Source of the DNA: a bacterium
Lineage (GTDB): Bacteria > UBA8248
Assembly: GCA_965207065.1 (NCBI GenBank)
Contig: OZ242260.1
Location: 2,304,001-2,368,000 of the forward strand
Length of the DNA stretch: 64,000 bases
Reading direction: 5' to 3'
Position 1 is the first letter of the stretch. Every line of letters begins with the position of its first letter. A model generated the notes under the pieces. That model was given only the letters and a program-made list of their open reading frames with translations, did no database searches and had not been told where the DNA came from. The translations under genes and the position numbers were made by a program. Positions 58,336 through 64,000 of this stretch are shown in pieces.

Positions 58336-61176
58336 ATGGTCGCGTCGATCGGCGCCGTAGCCGCGCCCGCGCAGTGTGTCTCCTACTTCGAGCGCGACGA
58401 CTACTACACGAAGGAAGACCCGAACCACCGGGAGGCGAGCGCCTGGCGCGGCAGGGGCGCCGAGGACCTGGGGCTGTCGGGTCCGGTCGACCCCGATACC
58501 CTCCGCTCCGTGCTTGATGGCGTGGTCCCCGACGGTTCGGGGCGCAGGCTCGGGCGCCCGGGAAAGGACGGGTCGTTCCACCACCGTCCCGGCCGCGACC
58601 TCACCCTCTCGGCCCCAAAGTCCGTCTCGCTGCTGGCCTACCTGGGCGGCGATGCGCGCGCGATTTGGGCCCACCAGGTCGCCGTGGCGCGCACCCTCGA
58701 CTGGGTCGAGCGAAACGTCGCCGAAACCAGGATGAGCGACCCTAAGACAGGACAGATTGTCCGCGTGGGGGACCAGAAGAGCGTGGTCGCGACCTTCCGG
58801 CACGATACGTCGCGCAACCTGGACCCCCTGCTCCACACGCACGCGGTAATCGCCAACATGGTCCGGGGGACGGACGGCAAGTGGAGGACCATGTCCAACG
58901 AAAAACTCTATGCGAGCAAGATGCTGATCGGCGCCCACTACCGGGCCGAACTCGCCCGGGGTCTCGAAAACTTCGGCTACCGGGTCGAGAAGACCCACGC
59001 CGACGGGTGCTTCGAGGTCGAGGGCGTCCCCAGGGACGTGATCGAGGCGTTCTCGACCAGGCGGGCGGAGATCGAGAAGGCGATGGAAGAACGCGGACTC
59101 GGCAAGACGTCTGAGAACCAGCGCGCCGCCCAGCGGGCCGCGCTCATGACGCGGGACCCCAAGCGGGAAGCCGACAAGGGGACGCTCATGGCTGTATGGG
59201 AGAAGCAGGCCGCTGATCTCGGCTTCGACGCCGTCGCCCTCAAGGCGCAGGCGATGGAGAGGAGGGCCGTATCCCGCGACGCCGGCCGGAGCGCGGCGGA
59301 CGTCGAACCCGCCCGCGAGGCCGTGGAATGGGCCGTCGCGCATCTCTCGGAACGCGAGGCCGTCTTCGACCGCGCCGCTCTGCTCGCGGGCGCGCTCGCC
59401 TGGCGGCCGGGCGCGGTCTCGATGGCGAATGCTGTGCGCGAGGTGGAGAGACTCGAAAAAACAGGCGTCCTGCACGCAGCGGACCTGCCCGGAGTGAAGG
59501 ACATGATCACGACGGAGAAGGCCGCGGCGGCGGAGCGCGAGACCATCGCCCTGGTGGAGGCAGGACGCGGACGGGGCGCGCCCGCCATGCGCGGCCGCGC
59601 CGTTGACAAGGCGCTCAGAAACGGACCGCTGACCCATGGCCAGCGCGAGGCCGTCAAGCTGATCCTCACCGACTCCGACCGCGTCGTCGGCGTGCAGGGC
59701 TACGCGGGCGCCGGCAAGACGAAGATGTTAAAGCGCGCCCGCGCGCTCCTCGAGAAGCGCGGCTACGAGGTCCGGGGCCTGGCGCCCTCGGCCTCGGCCG
59801 CAAGGACCCTCGAAGCCGAGGCCGGGATCGGGAGCGAGACGCTCCAGCGTTTCCTCACGCGATATACAGACGTCGCCCGGGGCAGTCTCACGAGGAAAGC
59901 CCAAAAACACTTGCGCGCGGGCTACGCGAAGACCGCTCTCGTGGTGGACGAGGGTTCCCTCGCATCGACGCGCGAGATGCGCGAGCTCCTGCGTATCGCG
60001 CAGACCTTGCGCCTGCCCCGGGTCGTGCTCGTGGGCGACGCGAAACAATTAGACGCCGTCGACGCCGGCAAACCCTTCGCGCAGCTGCAGGCCGCGGGCA
60101 TGAAGACGGCGACCATGAACGAGATCATGCGCCAGCGCGACCCCGATCTCAAAGCCGCCGTAGAGGCCACGCTCGCGGGCGACGTGAAGCGCGCCTTCGA
60201 GAAACTGGGTTCCAACGTAGCCGAGGTGAAACCCGACAACCTCGCGGGCGCCGCCGCCGCGCGATGGCTTGCGCTCCCGCAAGAGGCGCGGGCGAACGCC
60301 GGACTCATGGCGCCGAGCCACGCGATCCGCGAGAAGATCAACGCCATCGTCCGCGAGCGCCTGGTCAGGGACGGAGTCGTCCACGGCCCGGCCTTCCTCA
60401 CGCAGCGCCTCGTCTCGCGCGGCTACACCAACCCCGAGAAATCGCTCGCCGCGAACTACGCGCCAGGCGACGTGGTCGCCTTCCATCGCCCCTACAAGCG
60501 CATCGGCGTCGAGAAGGGAGACGAGTTGCGCGTGGCGGGCGTCGACCACGCGAACGCCGCGGTCATCCTTGAAGGCAGGCGTGGAGAGGAAGTCCGCTGG
60601 GAGCCCGGCCGTCTCGCGGCGCGTACCGGCGGTGTTGAGGTCTACAAGGTCGAGCATATGGAACTGCGCCAGGGCGACAAGGTCCGCTGGACCCGGAACG
60701 ATCCGGACCTCGGTCTCATGAACAGCCAGGCCGCCGAAGTGACGGACGTCAGGGGCGGGCGCGTCACCTTCCGCATCGAGGACGGGCGCGTCCTGGACAT
60801 GACGAGCGCCGATCCCCAGCTTCGCCACGTCGACCGCGCATGGGCCTCGACCGTCCATGCCTTCCAGGGCAGAACGGTCGATACCGTCATCGCCGCCATG
60901 GAAGCCAACCACCCCGAGCTCACCAACCAGAAGACGCTCTACGTCGAGATCAGCCGCGCCCGGGACCGGGCGGAACTCGTGACGGATGACGCAAGAGCGC
61001 TGCGCGAGCGGATCGAAGCCGCGACGGGGGAGCGCATCGCGGCGCTCGAGGCGATCGGAGCGGGCAAGGCGGAGAGCATCGGGGCCGAGAAGCCGAACGA
61101 GGCGACGCAGGCAATCGAGCGGCGGTCGCCGGCGATGGAGAAGACCCGATCGGATCGAGGGATGGAGATGCCGTAG
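58336..61176 (+). CDS. traI: MOB-F relaxase-helicase (TrwC/TraI-like)
   Basis: YFERDDYY, DLTLSAPKSVS, HDTSRNLDPLLHTH; helicase GYAGAGKT, VDEGS, TVHAFQGRT. Confidence 0.95.
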   Translation: MVASIGAVAAPAQCVSYFERDDYYTKEDPNHREASAWRGRGAEDLGLSGPVDPDTLRSVLDGVVPDGSGRRLGRPGKDGSFHHRPGRDLTLSAPKSVSLLAYLGGDARAIWAHQVAVARTLDWVERNVAETRMSDPKTGQIVRVGDQKSVVATFRHDTSRNLDPLLHTHAVIANMVRGTDGKWRTMSNEKLYASKMLIGAHYRAELARGLENFGYRVEKTHADGCFEVEGVPRDVIEAFSTRRAEIEKAMEERGLGKTSENQRAAQRAALMTRDPKREADKGTLMAVWEKQAADLGFDAVALKAQAMERRAVSRDAGRSAADVEPAREAVEWAVAHLSEREAVFDRAALLAGALAWRPGAVSMANAVREVERLEKTGVLHAADLPGVKDMITTEKAAAAERETIALVEAGRGRGAPAMRGRAVDKALRNGPLTHGQREAVKLILTDSDRVVGVQGYAGAGKTKMLKRARALLEKRGYEVRGLAPSASAARTLEAEAGIGSETLQRFLTRYTDVARGSLTRKAQKHLRAGYAKTALVVDEGSLASTREMRELLRIAQTLRLPRVVLVGDAKQLDAVDAGKPFAQLQAAGMKTATMNEIMRQRDPDLKAAVEATLAGDVKRAFEKLGSNVAEVKPDNLAGAAAARWLALPQEARANAGLMAPSHAIREKINAIVRERLVRDGVVHGPAFLTQRLVSRGYTNPEKSLAANYAPGDVVAFHRPYKRIGVEKGDELRVAGVDHANAAVILEGRRGEEVRWEPGRLAARTGGVEVYKVEHMELRQGDKVRWTRNDPDLGLMNSQAAEVTDVRGGRVTFRIEDGRVLDMTSADPQLRHVDRAWASTVHAFQGRTVDTVIAAMEANHPELTNQKTLYVEISRARDRAELVTDDARALRERIEAATGERIAALEAIGAGKAESIGAEKPNEATQAIERRSPAMEKTRSDRGMEMP

Positions 61177-61229
61177 AATCACGACCGGGTTTCATCGGCG
61201 CCCGACAATCGGAGTTTCACCCCGTCGAA

Positions 61230-61391
61230 ATGTCCAGCCGCGCCGTTCACGGAGAGGAACATCTTCGGCCTCGCTTCGAAGGCCTGTCCGAGCGCGTCCC
61301 TGCCGAAGCGCGTCGTGCTCAGCCCGTGGCGCGACCCGGGTTTCCGTTGTCCGTCCCGGTGTGTCGCTCGATCTTCTTTATGGATACGCAT
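61230..61391 (-). pseudogene. Remnant paralogue of the Cro-like repeat protein
   Basis: RHGLSTTRFGRDALG-QAFEARPKMFLSVNG aligns by eye to RHGVSTRYLGRAALG...GPAFRSEVEAFMALTG of the 38513 protein with an internal deletion. Confidence 0.45.
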
Positions 61392-61477
61392 ATAATACGA
61401 AAATAATGGGATTTATATACAATAGTGCCTAAAACTATTTCTTGTTTTTCTTATTCAATTCTTCTGAAGGTCACAAA

Positions 61478-61831
61478 ATGAGCAAAAACTCTCACGAAAG
61501 AGATGCGAAAGTAATGTTTGCTACCCTTTGTGTCCTTCATGAACATGGCGAATTGCAACGCAGAAGAGTCATTGAACTTGTAGAGGAAAGAATCGGATCG
61601 ACATTTACCGAGCAGGACAAAGAACCTACTCAAACTCATGACGAACGTTGGCTGTCTTGTTTTTGGATGACGGAGAATTACGAAGAAACGGGATATCTGG
61701 CGAGTTATAAGAGAAAAGAAAGGCCTTACGGTCTGTGGCGCATTACCTCCAAAGGCGTGAAAGCACTTAATCGAAATCCAGGAGATTTGCACACGACAGT
61801 TGTGTGGGAGTATCGCAACCGACATAAATGA
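61478..61831 (+). CDS. Winged-helix protein, Mrr N-terminal-like
   Basis: VIELVEERI...TEQD...RW...GYL...GLWRITSKG; AT-richer than flanks; no nuclease domain. Confidence 0.55.
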   Translation: MSKNSHERDAKVMFATLCVLHEHGELQRRRVIELVEERIGSTFTEQDKEPTQTHDERWLSCFWMTENYEETGYLASYKRKERPYGLWRITSKGVKALNRNPGDLHTTVVWEYRNRHK

Positions 61832-61838
61832 TTATTAT

Positions 61839-61852
61839 TAGGATATATCCTA
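61839..61852. promoter_or_regulatory. 14-bp palindrome, candidate repressor operator
   Basis: TAGGATATATCCTA about 75 bp upstream of the S24 repressor start. Confidence 0.5.
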
Positions 61853-61926
61853 CGCCTCGAACCCAAACGCGCTCACGCCCATGGCCCTCTACGCCGGGGG
61901 CTTGATAAAAATGACGAGGGAATCCC

Positions 61927-62622
61927 GTGAACGAAGAGGGAAAAGAGGCAATCAGGAACGATCCGCTCCGCATCAGGCTCAAGGACCTTCTCAGGCGAAA
62001 CGGCCTGACCCTGGCTGCCGCGTCCACGGCCCTCGGGCGCAACAGGGCCTATCTCCAACAGTACGTGGAGCGCGGCTCGCCCGCCGTGCTCGGCTACCGG
62101 GACGGCGAGGTGCTGGGCGAACTGCTCGGCTGTGACCCCGCCGAAATCCGCCATGAGAAGCTCCCCGAACGAAGACCCTACAGGAGGAAACATTCCTCAC
62201 GGCCCATAGCGAACGTATCCGAAGTCACGGTCGAGGCGGCGGGTGCGTTCGAGACCGGCTTCGTGACGGAGACCGCGCGGTGGGGCTGGCCGACGAACAT
62301 GATCCGCCACGAGGGGGGCGCTGATCCCGAGAACCTGCGAATCATCCGGGTGCGCGGGAATTCGATGGAGCCCGGGATGAGTGAGGGGGACCGGATCGTG
62401 GTCGACACCTCGCGAAAGACCCCCGCCACCGGGGAGACCTTCGTCCTGTGGGACGGGAGCGGGATCGTGGTGAAGAAGGTGGACGTGGCGCCCCCTGCCG
62501 AGGGTGGCGGGCCGCCGCGCATCCGTCTCATATCGGAAAACCCCGACTATCCCCCCTATACGCGCCTGGCCGATGACGTTCACTTCCTCGGCAAGGCGCT
62601 CTGGGTCGTGCGCAGGATGTGA
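61927..62622 (+). CDS. CI/LexA-like repressor (HTH plus S24 peptidase)
   Basis: HTH LAAASTALGRNRAYLQQY; VRGNSMEP (Ser) and VVKKV (Lys). Confidence 0.88.
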   Translation: MNEEGKEAIRNDPLRIRLKDLLRRNGLTLAAASTALGRNRAYLQQYVERGSPAVLGYRDGEVLGELLGCDPAEIRHEKLPERRPYRRKHSSRPIANVSEVTVEAAGAFETGFVTETARWGWPTNMIRHEGGADPENLRIIRVRGNSMEPGMSEGDRIVVDTSRKTPATGETFVLWDGSGIVVKKVDVAPPAEGGGPPRIRLISENPDYPPYTRLADDVHFLGKALWVVRRM

Positions 62623-62844
62623 GGTGAGGCGTCCGCGTTAGCCGTTGCCCTGTCTCCGGCGAACCCGTATATTCATCCCGCCCGCCCGTTTGAGCGCGAA
62701 CCGCCTGTCGAGACGAACGAATTGGATCCGAGCGAACCGTTTTCGAATTTTCCTTGTTCCTCCTCTGAAAATCACCTGCAGGGTTCGGCCGGCATCCTGA
62801 GCGCCGACACGAATCCCCTGGGCGAAGCCACGAGCGACCCTCCG

Positions 62845-64000
62845 GTGAGCGGGCCGATGGTCGCCGCGCGAAGCGCGCTGGCCGAGACGTTCGGGTTCAG
62901 CGGGTTCCGGCCGGGCCAGGAGGCCGTGATCGGGACGCTGCTCGAAGGACACAGCGCGCTCGCCGTGATGCCGACGGGATCGGGCAAGTCGCTTTGCTTC
63001 CAGATCCCTGCGCTCGTCATGGGCGGTCTGACGGTGGTCGTCTCACCGCTGGTGGCGCTGATGCGGGATCAGGTGGCGGCGCTCGGGCTCGCGGGCGTCG
63101 CGGCGGAGGGCATCCATTCCGGCAACGGCCGGGCGGAGAACGTCGCCGCCTGGAGGCGCGTGGCCGAGGGCCGGGTCCGTCTCCTCTACATGGCGCCCGA
63201 GCGGCTGATGACCGGGCGCATGCTCGAGGCGCTCGAGCGCTTACCCGTCAAGCTGTTCGCCGTCGACGAGGCCCACTGCATCTCGCAGTGGGGGCCGGCC
63301 TTCCGTCCGGAATACGCGGACCTCTGCCGGTTGCCTGACCTCTTTCCCGGGATACCGCTCGTAGCGCTTACGGCGACCGCCGATGCGGTGACCCGCGAAG
63401 ACGTCGTCGAGCGCCTCTTCGGCGGCCGGGTCCGGCAGTTCGTGCTCGGCTTCGACCGTCCGAACATCTCCCTCGCGGTCGGGATGAAGCAGAACTGGAA
63501 GCGGCAGCTCGGGGACTTCGTCGCGAGCCGCGAGGGCCAGAGCGGCATCGTCTACTGTCTCTCGCGTAAGAAGACGGAAGAGGCCGCCGCCATGCTGGCG
63601 GCGGATGGGGTCCGCGCGCTTCCCTATCACGCGGGTATGGAGCCCGCGGTTCGCGAACACCACCAGAACGTCTTCATGACCGAGCCCGGCGTCGTCATCG
63701 TGGCGACCATCGCGTTCGGGATGGGTATCGACAAGGCCGACGTGCGCTACGTCTTCCACACCGACCTTCCGGGGAGCATGGAGGCCTATTACCAGGAGAT
63801 CGGCCGCGCCGGGCGCGACGGCAGCCCCGCCGAGGCCCACATGCTCTACGGGCTGGCCGACATCCGGATGCGGCGCCAGTTCATCGAGGAAGAAGACGCG
63901 GGCCCGGAGCGCAGGCTGCGGGAGCACAAGCGGCTCGACGCGCTTCTCGGCTATTGCGAGGCGCCGGCCTGCAGGCGGGTGACGCTGCTCGATTACTTCG
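62845..64000 (+). CDS. recQ: ATP-dependent DNA helicase RecQ (runs off the window)
   Basis: FGFSGFRPGQE, MPTGSGKSLCFQ, VDEAHCISQWG, LTATA, ATIAFGMGIDK, YYQEIGRAGRDG; start 62845 (GTG) or 62857. Confidence 0.93.
   Translation, partial: MSGPMVAARSALAETFGFSGFRPGQEAVIGTLLEGHSALAVMPTGSGKSLCFQIPALVMGGLTVVVSPLVALMRDQVAALGLAGVAAEGIHSGNGRAENVAAWRRVAEGRVRLLYMAPERLMTGRMLEALERLPVKLFAVDEAHCISQWGPAFRPEYADLCRLPDLFPGIPLVALTATADAVTREDVVERLFGGRVRQFVLGFDRPNISLAVGMKQNWKRQLGDFVASREGQSGIVYCLSRKKTEEAAAMLAADGVRALPYHAGMEPAVREHHQNVFMTEPGVVIVATIAFGMGIDKADVRYVFHTDLPGSMEAYYQEIGRAGRDGSPAEAHMLYGLADIRMRRQFIEEEDAGPERRLREHKRLDALLGYCEAPACRRVTLLDYF

Larger units (their letters stand above)
13220..62622. mobile_element. Conjugative element (ICE or integrated plasmid), F-type T4SS with MOB-F relaxase; boundaries approximate
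   Basis: oriT, leading-region gene set, tra cluster, coupling protein, relaxase and repressor; chromosome-like genes at the window ends. No att sites seen; may extend left to about 3.4 kb. Confidence 0.8.

Noticed and set aside
62623-62844. Right attachment site of the conjugative element
   Set aside because: No direct repeat matching the left-side candidates (3.3-4.5 kb, 13.1-16 kb) found by eye; no tRNA fragment.
62845-64000. recQ as element cargo or defence helicase
   Set aside because: Looks like ordinary RecQ and is truncated by the window; membership in the element cannot be judged.

Overview
GC-rich bacterial DNA in four zones. (1) 0.3-3.3 kb: an intact glycine betaine/proline-type ABC transporter operon (proX-proW-proV like). 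(2) About 3.4-13.1 kb: a decayed accessory zone. It holds remnants of an IS110 transposase, an Arm-type integrase, DUF4338, a MalK-like ATPase, PfkA and two solute-binding/lipoprotein genes. It also holds an ORF-less group II intron, an intact sugar ABC permease and a lipoprotein with a divergent subtilase domain. (3) About 13.2-62.6 kb: a large conjugative element (ICE or integrated plasmid). It has a recognisable MOB-F nic site at 15862/15863 and a 22-kb minus-strand leading region (DUF2493, DUF4326, ssb, toprim, methylase-helicase, DUF2958, GHKL ATPase, ParB-like) with an Frpo-like ssDNA-promoter hairpin. An F-type tra cluster follows (traALEKBVC-trbI-S26 peptidase-traWU-trbC-traNFHG-traD-traI), then an S24 repressor. 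Three nested parasites sit in the element, and removing each rejoins the host reading frame across the junction. One is a full group II intron, inserted antisense into a small gene beside oriT. The other two are recombinase-in-trio (RIT) elements with 90- and 110-bp terminal inverted repeats and a single palindrome at opposite ends. (4) recQ, cut off by the window end. I found no CRISPR array, rRNA or tRNA, no intact element integrase and no att repeats. All family assignments are by motif recognition, not database search.
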